From contig QPMI01000224.1 of assembly GCA_004431415.1 (NCBI GenBank), positions 87,403-151,402 of the forward strand: 64,000 nt of DNA. The letters are read 5' to 3'. The translations under genes and the position numbers were made by a program. This document shows positions 48,601-60,966 of this stretch, one piece after another. The notes under the pieces were generated by a model, which had not been told where the DNA came from, did no database searches, and saw only the letters and a list, made by a program, of their open reading frames with translations. The first letter of the stretch is position 1. Each line of letters starts with the position of its first letter. The stretch is from Cyanophora paradoxa CCMP329 (taxonomy: Eukaryota > Plantae > Glaucophyta).

Positions 48601-51600
48601 GGGCGACGCGCGCGCCCTCGGAGCTCTTCCGCCTCGACGAGCTCCGCTTCATCGACTCGGCGCACGCCGCGGCCCAGCGCGAGGAGTACCTGCAGGCCGC
48701 CCCGCGCACCCTCTTCATCTACCGCCGCGTCGTCCCCGCGGGGCGCATCATCGCGGCCGTCGGCAGCGACTCGGAGAACGCCTTCCTCTTCGTCGTGAAC
48801 AACGCGGAGGGCGCGCGGCAGCCGCCCCTCCGCAAGGACCTCCTCGAGGCCTGCGCCCGGCGCCCTGACGTTGGCGGATGGCGCCGCCGCCTCCCCGACG
48901 GCAGCGTCGGCGGCGGCATTGCCCCGGCCGCCCTCAAGTGGAACGCGCAGTACTTCCGCAGCGAGGGGGAGGCGCTGACGTCCCTCAACCGCGTCGTGCA
49001 GACGTTCCGCGGGTACCGCTCCAACGCGCCCCTCCTCGTCGTGCGCCCCGGCGCCCCGCCCCGCCGCGGCGCCGGCCGAGCTCCGCGCAGGCGCTGCAGG
49101 CGGACTGCAGCGTGGAGCAGATGCGGGCGGCGATGCCCGTGCTGCGGGAGCTCCCCGTCGCGGCGGCGTCGGTGCACGAGCGGGGCCACGAGGCGCTCCC
49201 CGCCCTCGACTGGCAGCGCCCCGCCGCCAAGCACGTCGTCTCCGTCTACATGTCCGGCCCTGCCGCCCGCCGCCCCGCCCCGTGCCCCCGCCTGACCCCG
49301 CGCAGGCGCATCGGGCGCTGGTACGAGGAGAGCCTCGCCCGCGCCCGCTACGCCTCCGTGCCCATCGCCAACCTGGGGGCCGACCCGGAGGCGAGCTGCC
49401 CGCGCCGCGTGCCGCGCCGCGCCGCGCCAGCCGCGACGCGAGCCGGGGCGCAGCTGCTGGTGGCGGACGTCTTCTTCGCGCGGCGGCTGGCGGCGAAGAA
49501 GCACGCGTGGTGGTGCTCGCCGTCGGGGCGCCCCGACGTCGGGCGCGGGGCCGGGGACGACGAGTTCGGGTCGCACCTCGAGGAGGCCGGCCCCGAGGTC
49601 ATTGCCGAGGGCTCCTACCGCACCGTCACCGTCGACATCGTCCGCCCGCCGCCCCGCCCCGCCCCCGCCCTCGGGCGGCCGGCGCCGAGGCCGGGGCGCA
49701 GGAGGTGCAGCACCTGGCGATGGCGTCCGTCTTCAGCGAGGCGCACCTGAGCGAGCACCTCGAGGGCGGCTCCGTCATGGACGCCCTCATCCAGGAGTCG
49801 GTCGCCGCCCAGGCCGGCACCGGGCCCAGCTCCTCCCTCCCCTTCTCCCGCGTCGTCGACGACCAGCGGGCGCGCCGCCACCCCGCCCCCGCCCCCGCCT
49901 CGCGCGAGGGCGCCGCCTGACCGGGCCGCAGGCGGCGCGGGAGGCGTTTCTGACGCTGCGGGGCCTGGTGCGGGACGTGTGGATGGACCTGTGCGAGACG
50001 CGCAACGAGCAGGCCGACTCCCTCCTCACGCACCTCTACCGCTGGCTCCGCTCCCCCCGCTCCCTCTTCTACGACCCCGCCCTCCACCGGTGCCGCCCCC
50101 GCGCCGGCCCACGCCGCGCCGCGGGGCGGGGCGCTGAGACTGCGGGGGCCAGATACGTGCAGGGGCTCGTGAAGCGCGTCTTCACGGCGCTGATCGCGGA
50201 GATGCGAAAGATCAACCCGAGCGCCACCATCGTCTACGCCTCCTTCTCGCGCGCCCGCGCCCCGCCCCGCCGCCCCGCCCCCGTGACCCCTGCCCAGGCG
50301 CATCATCGTCGAGACCGGCAAGTGGACCCTCGAGGCGGCCGACAGCGCCTCGAGCTTCCTCTGCAACGCCCTCACCCAGCGCCACCTGTTCGAGGCGCGC
50401 CGGCTGGGGGGGGGGGGGGGGGGGGGGGGGCCGCGGGGCCGCAGCGCTGAGCTGGCGCAGATGGTGCGCTTCGTGCCGACGGCCCTCTACGAGGGGCTCC
50501 TCTTCATGGACCCCGCCAACTACTCCGCCGTCGCCTTCAAGGCCCGCCCCGCCCGCGCGCCCCCGCGCCCCGCCCGCCTGAGGCCCCCGCAGCTCAAGCA
50601 CGAGAACGGCGCGCTCTACCGCGACCCCGACGGGCAGCTGCAGGAGGAGGAGAGCGACGACGAGGAGGACGAGGAGGAGGGGGAGGGAGAAGAAGGCGAC
50701 GAGGTGACGCCCCGGCCGCGCCGCCGCCGCCGGAACGTGAACTACCTGGAGGGCCGGGGTGCGCGGGGCGGGGCGGGCGGCTGGGGCGGGGCTCGGCTGA
50801 GGGGCGGGGGCAGAGGTGCGGGCGGGGTGGAACATGGCGCGCTTCCTGCCGGCGGTGGCGGAGGGGGCGTTCACGGCCTCCATCACCCGCCTCCTCGTCG
50901 CCCCGCTCCAGCGCCGCCACGCCATCCTCGAGGAGCTCGCCAGCCAGGGGCCCCTCACCGAGCCCTCCCCCTTCCACAAGCGGCGCCGGCGCGCGGCGAG
51001 CCAGACGCCCGGCGGGGCGAGCTCGCAGGGCGGGGCGGGAGCGGAGGGCCCGCTGGGCGGCAAGCAGGCGAGCGTGGCGGAGAAGGAGGCCGAGTTCGTG
51101 CGCGAGTTCGTGCGGGGCGACCTCACGCAGGCCCTCCTCTCCCAGGCCTCCTCCATCCTCAGGCGCCCCCGCCCCGCCCCCGCCCCCGCCCCCGCCCGGC
51201 CTGAGCGGGGCCCGGCAGGCGCGGGGAGGACGAGTTCCCGGCGCGGGCGGGGGCGCAGCGGGCGATGGGGAGCGCCGCGCTGGAGTTCGTGAAGGCGGTC
51301 TGCCGCGCCGTCGGCCTCGAGCGCGGCGCCGACCTCGAGGCCGACGCCCTCCGCCGCGTCCGCCCCCCGCCCCGCCCCCGCCCGCCCCACCCCGCCTGAC
51401 GCCGGCCGCCGCAGAACCTCCTCAAGGCGATCGGGGAGAAGGCGCACGGGAAGGAGGCGCGGTACGAGAGCCCGTGCGCGGCGCTCGTGGTGCCGGAGGT
51501 GGTGTGCGGGTCGTGCGGGGCGTGCCGGGACGTGGACGTGTGCCGGGAGGAGGGCCTGCAGGAGCAGCGCTGGGCGTGCCACCTCTGCGGCGCCGACCTC

Positions 51601-51997
51601 GAGCTCGGCGCCCTCGAGCTCGCCCTCGTCGACGCCCTCAACGTCCGCCCCCCGCCCGCCCCCGCCCGCGCCCCGCCCGCCCGCCCGACGCTCCGCCCGC
51701 AGCGCCGCGCCGCCTGCTACCAGCAGCAGGACCCGCGCTGCATCAAGTGCCGCCAGGCCAAGCAAGAGGCCATGCAGGACTTCTGCTCCTGCGCGGGGAC
51801 CTTCACCCTCCCCACGCCCCCCCATGTCATCGCCTCGCAGTACGCCCGCCTGCTCCGCCCATCTGCCGCCCCTGCTGACCCGCCGCAGGCTCAAGACGTT
51901 CGAGAAGCTCGGGGAGTTCCTGAACTTCGAGTACCTCAAGCAGACGGCCGGCGACCTCCTCGCCCTCTGCGCCCGCTCCAGTGTGGGCCCCGTCTAG
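42698..51997 (+). CDS. POLE: DNA polymerase epsilon catalytic subunit, ~40 exons
   Basis: [119 protein letters not shown], and C-terminal CysA/CysB zinc fingers (CGSC...CHLC; CIKC...CSC). Confidence 0.98.
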
Positions 51998-52358
51998 GAC
52001 CGCCCCCGCCGCCCTCCATTGTTCGGCCCCCGGCTGGGGCCTTCCGCTCCCTCGACCCCCTCCCCGACCCAGCGCGGGCCCTCGATCTCTGTACATGTAC
52101 TTGCGGTCAATTGCCCCTGCGATTTTTTGCACCGCTTCGCTCTTTCTAGACAACGCGAACTAGGTGCGTTCTGCAGGCTGCAGACTACGCAAGAGCTAGC
52201 TGTGCACGTGGCGGTCCATGGCCGGCGCCAGGGCCCGCGGCCGGCGATCATCGGATGCGCGCGATATCGATCGCGAATTCGATGCCAAGCTAGCGCTTTA
52301 GCACTGTTCTTTTGCCCAACGGGTAGAGCCCGGGGTAGAGCCTATTTTCGAGCCAGCC

Positions 52359-53241
52359 ATGTTCGCCAACGCCCTGAAGCGTATCGCGCCGTCGGGGGTG
52401 CGCGGCATCAAGACCGCGTCTCTGCCGGACCTGCCGTACGACTATGGCGCGCTGGAGCCGATCATCAGCGGCGAAATCATGAAGGTGCACGCCTCGCCGA
52501 TGCCGCAGCCGCGACCGGCGCAGGACGGCCACATTCTAGCGTCGACGGCAGAGGAAGGCTGACAAACGCCGCCGCGGGCCGCAGGTGCACCACGACAAGC
52601 ACCATCGCGCGTACGTGACCAACTACAACGTCGCCCTCGAGAAGCACGCGGCCGCCGAGGCCAAGGGCGACACCGCGGCGATGATTGCGCTACAGCCTGC
52701 GCTGCGCTTCAACGGCGGCGGCCACGTCAACCACAGCATTTTCTGGACCAACCTCGCCCCGAAGAACGCCGGCGGAGGCGTGATGCAGCCCGGCGCTCTC
52801 TCGAAGGCGATTGAGACTGACTTCGGCGGCTTGCCGAAGTTCATCGAGAAGTTCAACGCGGCGACCGTCGCTGTCCAGGGCTCCGGGTGCGCCTTCGCCG
52901 CTTCGAGCGCGGCCCGCAACTCGCGGCCTCACGCCGCGGCGCGGCACGCAGCTGGGGCTGGCTCGGTTACGACAAAGTGAACGACAAGCTGGTCATTTCC
53001 ACGATGCCGAACCAGGACCCTCTTAGCTTGACCGGCTTCGTCCCGCTGCTCGGCATCGACGTGTGGGAGCACGCCTACTACCTTCAGGTGCGCCTCGGCC
53101 CCGCGGCGCGGGGCGGCGCGCGGCCGACCTCGCCCTCGCGCGCAGTACAAGAACATGCGGGCGGACTACCTGAAGGCGATCTGGGAGGTGGTCAACTGGA
53201 AGAACGTCGCCGAGCGCCTCGAGGCCGCCAAGAAGGCGTAG
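52359..53241 (+). CDS. SOD2: Mitochondrial manganese superoxide dismutase, multi-exon
   Basis: Presequence [59 protein letters not shown]|[21 protein letters not shown]|YKN. Confidence 0.96.
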
Positions 53242-53303
53242 CGCCGCCTAGGCCTCTGGCCGCCGGCGATCTAGAGTACTTGTATAATAATTCGAACACA
53301 CGG

Positions 53304-54388
53304 CTAATACTTGATGATGGCGCGGGCTGGGAAAACAGATTCTCCTTCGAGGCGTATCTGTGCGGCGTGAGCTCGAGGAGCTGCCCAGGCCGAGGGCGGG
53401 GGCGGGGGCTTGCATCAATAGGGGCGCAGTAGAGCGACGTGAAGGTGGCGAGGGGGAGGGTGAACTTGGAGCGCGTGAAAGCGATGACGGCGTTGGAGGA
53501 GGGCAGAAGCTCTGTGCCGCCCGCCTTCGCCGTCTCCAGCACCGCTGCCGGGCTTCCCTGCGCGAGCAGCTTGCCGAACTTGGAGACGCCCTGCACGGCG
53601 TCGAGGACGGCCTGCTGGGTCTTGAGCTGCTCCTCTCCCTGGTCGTCCCCCGCCATGCCGCCGTACGCCCGCCAGCTCCACGTCGGGTACAGCACCCGCG
53701 GCACGTTCTCGATGTTGGAGAGCACCCGTATGTCTGGCCCCGCGCGTCAGCTCGCCGGACGCGCGGCCGCGGGGCAGGCGGGGAGGCAGCCGGGCACCGG
53801 TCACGATCCGCTCCCCCTGGGGCACCGCCTCCAGGGCGGTCAGCAGCGTGCGGATCCCCCTCGAGGTGCTCTGCGGCGGCCCCGGTCGGGCAGGGCGGGC
53901 CGGAGAAGGCCACCTCCGGCGGGGCGGACCTCGACGATGCCGAGGGCGCAGTTCGGGTAAACGAGCAGGAGGCCGTGCACGGGGTCGATTTCGCGGGACA
54001 GACGCGAGAAAGAGTTGTCGTGGAAACTCGCTAGCAGCTCTCCTCTCAGCGGCACCGTTATCGCCTGCGAGTCATGCTCAGCACTCGCAGCTGAGGCATG
54101 CAAAGGACTTCAACTAAGGGCTCTCGTCGTCTAGCGCCCCTGCGAAGCTCTATGAACGTAGTTTGAGCTGCAGCGCCTCGCCGTGAGCAGCGCGGGGTCA
54201 AGTCGGATGTATGCGTACTCTCGCAACGTATACGAGCCGGTGAATCATCGTGTTCTGCTGCTGCGCAGCCCGAGCGTCACTGGGAAAGCTGGAAATCGGG
54301 CCTCTCGCGGGCGCACCCCGGTCGGGCCCTGTATGCGCTTCTGCATCACGTCGAGCAGCGACTCCCGCCTGTCGTCCCCGCCCTCCAT
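53304..54388 (-). CDS. DYBLUP/MOT7/TEX47(C7orf62)-like BLUF-fold ciliary protein, multi-exon
   Basis: RESLLDVMQ...[59 protein letters not shown]...[10 protein letters not shown]|[10 protein letters not shown] follow the family motif order as I recall it. Confidence 0.75.
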
Positions 54389-54769
54389 CTTCAGCGATTC
54401 TGCTGCTAAGGGGCACCAGGGAGTAGCTGCTGCTTATAGATGCTCCTGTCTCAACCCAGCACTGGAAAGTTTGAGGCTTTTGTTGTACCCCCTCTGCGTC
54501 AGCGTGACAGCGCCGCACAGCGCGGGCTCTTGCGAGCCTTGCAGCTACGGAAAATAGCTAAGCTAGACGCTCGAAGGTGTTTCGGAGCTTTTTGGGGCCT
54601 GGCGCGCCGACAGCCTTCCCGTGCGCCGCCCGCCCGCCGAGCTAAGCAGCCTGGTTGACGAAGAGAGAATTTTGAGAGCGCTGCATCTAGAGATCGCTTT
54701 CAGAGCTACGATTCCTTCCTCCGCGCTCCACCGGCTAGTTGTTCAAAAAACCGCGCCGTTGCTCAGATC

Positions 54770-57700
54770 ATGGAGAGCTGGCAGGAGCGCGTGTCGCACA
54801 GCCTCAAGACGGCTGAGCTGAACCTGGGGCGTGTCGCGAGGCCGCGCTCTGCCGCACCTCCCATCTACCCGTCGCTCTACGGCACCAGCCGCTACTCCGT
54901 GCCATCGACGCCTGTGGCGCTCGCGCCGTCGGAGGGGGCCCTCTTTACGAAGACTGCGAATGTTTCGCAACTGGATGGAGCGGAGCGGCGCAGCCTGGAC
55001 GCCGCGCGCTTCGACCAGGAGACCAAGCTCTCGCTCGTGTCGAAGCACGTCGACTCCGTGCGGGAGGAGCTCGTCGGCGAGCTGCTGCTGAAGCAGCGCC
55101 GCATCGACGAGTTGCGTGCCGAGATGGAGGGTCGCGTGGCCAGCGCGACCAAGGCCTGCGAGACGGGGCGGGCGGACCTGCGCGTGGATCTCCGCGCGGA
55201 GCTGCAGAACCTCGAGAGCCAGCGGCGGGAGGAGCTGCGAAACGCGGAGGCGCGGCTGGTCCAGAAGATCGGGACGGAGCGCGAGGGCCGCATGGAGCTG
55301 GAGCACGCGGTGGAGCACCTGCAGCAGCGGCTGGCGAAGGCGCTCGAGGAGGCGCGGCTCTCGGCGGCGGAGCTCAAGGAGCGCGCCGCGCGGGGCGAGG
55401 AGCGCCTCTCAGCCGCCGAGCGCGACATCGCCTCCGTCCGCTCCTACGCTGACGCCCGGTGAGGCGGGGCGGGGCGGCCCGGGGCGGGGCGGCCCGGGGC
55501 GGAGCGGCCGACGCTTGCGGGCGGCAGAATGCACGAGACGCTGCAGCGGGTGACCGACGCGGAGGTGCGGCGAGTGGACATGGAGCGCGACCTCGCCGCC
55601 GCCAAGGGCAGGGTGCGCCCCGCTCCGTCCGCCCGCCCCTCCCCGCGCGAGCGTCGTGCAGCTGGCGGAGCTCGGCGAGGAGCGGGAGCGGGAGGCGGCG
55701 CGGGCGCGGAGCCGCGGGGAGCAGGACTCGGCCGCCATGGGCCGCTGCGTCGAGCTCGAGACGCTCCTGCGAAAGGCGCGCGGGGCGGGGCGGGGCGGGG
55801 CTGCGGGGGGCGACGGGGCCGGGGCGGGCAGGAGCGGGACGCGCGGGAGATGCTGGAGGCGGAGGTGCAGGTGTGGAAGGCGGCGCTGCGGGACGACCGG
55901 CGGGCGGCGGAGGGCCGCTTCGGGGCGCTGGAGAAGGCGCTCGGGGAGGGTTCGGCGGCGACGGAGGGGCGCGTGCACGAGCTCTCGCGCTTCGTGGTGC
56001 GCATGGGGAACAAGGTGGTCGAGGACCTCGCCGCCATGGCCCGCAGGCAGGAGGAGCGCGAGCGCGAGGCCGAGCGCGCCCGCGACGAGAAGGCCGCGCG
56101 CCGCCGCCTCAAGCGCGCCACCGAGGAGGACGTCCGCGCCCTCCTCCGCCGCGTCGCCGCCCTCGAGGAGGCCGCCGCCGCCGCCCCCCTCGCCGCCACC
56201 CCGCCGAGGCCGCCGCCCCGCGCGCCGCCCCCGCCGGCGGCTCGGAGGCCCTCGTGCAGCGCCTCGCGGCGCGCGTGGCGGAGCAGGAGAGCGCGCTGGC
56301 GCGGCTGCAGGCCTCGGTAGCGCGCGGAGGGGCCGACCGCGAGGTCGACGACGAGGACGGGCGCCGGGAGCGGGCGGCGCACGCGGCCGAGCTCGCCCGC
56401 CTCGCCGCCGACGTCGCCGCCTGCAACGAGGTGCCCGCCGCCCCGCCGCCGCCGCCGCCGCCCGTGAGCGAGGGGTGGGGCAGCGGGCGGCGCAGGCGGC
56501 GCGCGAGGTGGCCCTCCTCCACGATGAGGTCGCCGCCGCCCGCGCGCAGGCCTCCCGGGCCGCCGCTCGCCCGGCGGCCCCGAGGTGGCCCCGGAGGACG
56601 GGGCGCTGGGGCGGCGCGTGGAGGCGATCGGCGAGGCGCTGGAGGCCTGCCAGAAGGACCTGCGGAGCCTGCGCGGGGTGGGCGCGGGGCGGGGCCCGCG
56701 GGGTGCGGGGCTGAGGGCGGGGGCAGGTGCTGGTGGCGCAGGGCGGGAGGACGGGCGGGAGCTCGCGGAGGAGGCCCTCGAGGCAGCCGGGCGCCACGAG
56801 GCGGCCCTCAAGTCCCTCCAGGCCCGCCCCGCCCCCCCCCCGCCCCCGCTGCCCCGCGCCGACCCGCCGCAGGAGGAGCTCGTCCGGCTCCGGCACAACG
56901 CGGAGCTCGCCTCGCAGGTCAAGGCCCCGCCGGGCCCGGCATGCGCGACGCCGTCGCCGGTCAGCCGCGCCCCGCCCGGCCGCCGGCGGGGGCCGGGGCG
57001 AGGGGCGGGCGCAGACATCGTGGAGAGCTGCGTGGCGGAGCGGATGGCGGGCGTGCAGGAGTGGGTCCTCGCCAAGACGGCCCACCTCGAGGAGGAGATC
57101 GCGAGCGCCTTCGGCGAGGAGCGGCGCCGCCACGCCCGCGAGGCCCTCGGTGCGGCTCCCCTCCACCAGCGCGCCACCGCCCGCCGCGGCCGCGGGGGGC
57201 CGAGGGGGCGGGGCAGACGTGGACGAGGCGCGGGAGCGGGCGGAGGAGGGCCGGCGCCTCGCCGCCACCCTCGACGCGGAGCTCACGAGCATGAAGGGCG
57301 ACATGCTCGCCCGCGCCGACGCCGCCGCCGCCGCCGCCCAGGAGGCCGCCGCCGCCGCCGCCGCCGGCCAGGCGCGCCTGCAGCAGCTCGAGGAGGAGGT
57401 CGCCGCGCTGCTCTCCTCGGGCGCCGGCGAGGGCGCCGCCGGGGCCCTGCGGGAGGAGCTGGCGGCGCTGCGGGCGGAGGTCGCGGCGCGGGCGCGGGCG
57501 GGGGAGGGCGGGAGCGGGAGGCGCGGCTGGCGGGGTGGAGCGGGCGGTGGCGGAGCTGGGGGAGGCGGTGCGGGGCTCGGGAGGAGGCGGAGGCGGCGCG
57601 GGGCGGCCTGGAGGCGGCGGCCGTGGCGCGCCTCGAGGAGGAGGTCGCCGCCCTCGCCGCCGCCCTCCGCGACCTCGAGGCCCGCCCCGCCCCCGCCCCG

Positions 57701-59704
57701 GGCCCCGCGGCGGCGGCCGGGGCGACGCCGAGGCCCTGCGCGGGGAGCTGGAGGCGCTGCGCGCGGAGGTGGAGGCGGGGCGGGAGCGGGAGGCGGCGGA
57801 GACGGCGGAGCGGCTGGAGGCGCTGTACGAGGCGGTGCGGGAGGCGCAGGAGGGCGCCGCCGACCTCGCCCCGCGCCTCGCCGCCCTCGAGTCCGCCCTC
57901 GCCGCCCTGCGCGCCGCGGGGCCCGGGGCGGCCTCCAGCGACGCGCCGGCGGGCGGCCTCGAGGGCCTCGCGAAGGAGGTCGCCGAGCTGCGGGCGCGGG
58001 TGGAGCAGCACGACCACATCGGTGCGGGGGGCCGGGGCGGGGCGCTGCGGGGACCGACGGGGCGCAGAGTACATCGGGGAGGTGGTGGAGTCGCTGCGGC
58101 AGGACGTGCGCGAGATCGAGGCCGACCTCAAGGCCCACAAGGAGGCCGCCAAGGGCGACGACGAGGCCCGCGCCCGCGCCGACGCCGCCGCCCGCGACGC
58201 CGCCGAGGCCGTCCGCCGCCTGCACGAGCGCGCCGACGCCATCGAGAAGCGCGCTGAGGAGCTCGCCCGCGTCCGCCTCCCCCGCCCCCCGCCCCCGCCC
58301 GCCCTCCTTCGGCCCGAGCGCCCCGCAGGAGGTCGCCCGGCCGCGCGCCGCCACGCCCGTCGCCGCCTCGCCCAGCGCCGTGCGGCCCCGCGCGCCGCGC
58401 CTCTCCGCCGCGCTGACGGGGCGCAGGGCGGGGCCTCTCGAAGGACGTCAGCGACCTGCAGGCCAAGGCGCGGGGCGGCGCGCCGCCGCGGGCCGCCCGC
58501 AGCTGACGCCGGCGCAGGTCAAGGAGCACGAGCGCTGGGCGCCGGAGATCGCCGCCCTCCGCAAGGAGCTGGACGCGCTGACGGACACGCTGGACCGGGG
58601 CTCGCCGATCGAGCGGGTGCAGGCGCTGGAGACGCGCCTGGCGGAGCTGGACGTGCCGCGGGCGGCGGCCGCGGCGCGCGCCGTCGACGGGCTGCGCAGC
58701 GACGTGGACAAGGCCAAGGTCGACGTCGCCCTCGCCAAGGCCTCCGCCGAGGGCGCCAAGGCCGACGCCTCCACCGCCCGCTCCACCGCCGAGGCCGCCG
58801 CCAAGCGCGCCGCCGCCGCCGAGGAGGCCGCCGCCGCCGCCCAGCAGCACGCCGCCGCCCTCGCCGCCGACGTCGCCGCCCTCCGCGAGCACCCCGCCCC
58901 GCCGCCCCCGCCGCGGGGCCCGGCCCCTCCCACTCCCCCGCCTCCGCCTCCCCGCGCGGCGCCCTCGCCCCGAAGCCGGCCAGCGCCCTCCCGCCCCTCT
59001 CGAAGCAGCCGCTCGCCACGTCCGTCGCCCGGCCGGCGGGCCCTCGGCGAGCCCGCCTCCCGGCGGGGCGCCGGCCTCGTCGGCGGGGCGGCGAGCAGCG
59101 CCCCGAAGCCTGCGCCGGCGGCCCCGCGCCAGCGCCGGCCGCGGCGGCGCCGTCGCCGGGACGTCGGGCGCGGGGCGGGGCGCGGGCCGGCGGCGACCGC
59201 CGGCATCTCAGCTCGCGTCCTCGCCCTCTCCCGGGTGCGTCCTGCGCGACGCGGCGCGGCGGGGCGGGGCTGGGCGACGGGCGCGTGCGGGCGCAGGCGT
59301 CGGACGAGGAGGAGGTGCTGAGCGAGGAGGAGATCGACGAGGACGACTACGACGAGTTCGACCTCGACCGGCGCAGCACCCCGGCACCGGCCGCCGCACG
59401 CCCCTCGGCGACAGCGAGGACCCCGACTGGCGCCCCGCCCCGGCCCCGGCCCTCCGCCCTCGCCCGCGGGCCCGCCGCCGGCGCCGGCTTCCACTCCGGC
59501 TCCCCCGGCTTCGGTGGCTCCCCCGGGACCGCCGCGGCGCGCGCTCCGGCGGCCGGGCGGTTCGTGGCGGGGGCGCGGGGCGGGGCGGCCGCCGGCGGTG
59601 ACGAGGAATTCGAGGTCGAGGTGCGGCCGCCGCTGCGCGCCCCAAGCCCCCCGCCGCTGAGCCGCCCCCAGGACGACGAGTTCGACGAGATCGAGGAGCC
59701 CTGA
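54770..59704 (+). CDS. Large coiled-coil protein with acidic C-terminus, many exons
   Basis: MESWQERVSHSLKTAELNLGRV..., long A/E/R/L heptad exons separated by GC-rich introns. Ends DDEFDEIEEP*. Confidence 0.75.
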
Positions 59705-59906
59705 GCACAGCCCGCCGTCAAGTTTTCAACCGAATTCAATACACCTGTTACACCTGCTCTGCGAGCTACCTAGCTGTCGGCTAGTACCTACGGATCGGGA
59801 TAGCAGTGGAATGGGCTGGGGAAGCGGGCGACGAGGATGGACGAGATCGGTCGAGGGGCAGAGGAGCTGGGGGAAGGGCAAGGAAGGGATGCAGCGAGGC
59901 GGCGGC

Positions 59907-60565
59907 TCAGGGGGCCGCCTGTGCGGGGGACGCCGCTGCTGCTGCCGAGGGCCGCTCGGGCCTCGTGAAAGTCGCCTTGGTCGTCGTGAGGTAGCGGTCC
60001 TCCGTCTTCTGCGCCGCCGCGCGCTGCTGCACGGCAACCGTCTGCTCCAGCCTTTGGTAGGGGACTTCGACAACGCCCAGCGCCTGCTGGGGGCGAAGCT
60101 TCGGTCCCGGCCCCGACATCGTCAGTTCGTTGAGCGTGTTGAAGTACGCTTGCCGCAGGTTGAGTCCGTGGCTGATTAGCATGTCTCGCTTCTCGCCCTC
60201 CATATCCCGCTTAAGGCTGGCGGGGCGGGTCAACGACGAGCCAGGAGGAGAACGGCAAGCCAGCGCACTCGGGCGGTGCCGCCGGGCCCCTGTACTGATG
60301 AACCAGATGCGACACGGACTGGTTAAGCATCTTTGGCGGCTGCACGATTATTCAGCTTGGGGCGCACGAGATGACAGTCAAGCGCGGACCGGCGACTTCT
60401 GCGCGTTCTGGTCGAGGATGTCGCCCGCCTTATCCTCGTTCCAGTTTCCTATCAACACACCCTGCGAGAACCGCTTGAACGTGCTGTATGAGCGAAACGA
60501 ATCCTTAAACGCACCGCCCGATACATATTCTTGGGCTTGCCCGTGAACTGGCTTGCGTGAATCAT
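59907..60565 (-). CDS. CFAP107/C1orf158-like ciliary microtubule inner protein (NWE-motif family)
   Basis: MIHASQFTGKPKN|ITFKRFSQGVLIGNWNEDK, RDMLISHG, YFNTLNELT, RYLTTTKATF. Confidence 0.65.
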
Positions 60566-60966
60566 CTTGATGCTCTAGAGATCCGAAGTGAGTGCTCGCT
60601 GAAAGCTCCAAGTCTCCTTTGCTGCTTTCTACGCGGTGGACAACGAATAACAGCCTACGATGCGCAGGCTAGCTTAGCTACAACGGCCGGACTGGAAAGC
60701 GGTGTGGACTCAAGTCTGCGTGTGCGTTGGGAGGCCTTCCCGAAAAAAGCTTCGATATCTGTACCCCTTCCCTTCCCTTCCCCCCCAATGCGGCGGTGCG
60801 GCTGCATGCATATGCGCATGCGCTTGCCGCGCGCAGTACTATAGCTAGTACTAGCTATATATAGTGCTGGCTGCCTAGCTATAGAGCGCTCTGAGGTTCA
60901 TGATCAAGGGGCGTGTGGTCTCAAGTTGCATTGGTCGCGCGACATCGGCGCGGGGCACGGCTGTAG

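Noticed and set aside
48849-48904. Possible extra non-canonical intron in POLE
   Set aside because: The frame is open through it and no donor is forced by conservation. Undecidable without RNA data.
53192-53360. Apparent coding overlap between the 53192-53725 ORF and the SOD2 3' end
   Set aside because: A GC-AG intron (53413-53358) shifts the frame and gives a family-like C-terminus ending at 53304, so there is no CDS overlap.
55409-59494. Very long antisense and alternative-frame ORFs (up to ~1000 aa) rich in R/P/G/A; similar ones occur across 10000-17700 and 44000-52000
   Set aside because: Expected from stop-codon scarcity at very high GC. They are shadows of the real spliced genes and carry no domain motifs.
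53304-60565. Functional ciliary gene cluster (BLUF, coiled-coil, CFAP107-like)
   Set aside because: Ciliary genes are numerous in flagellates and the coiled-coil protein's role is unknown. Adjacency may be chance.
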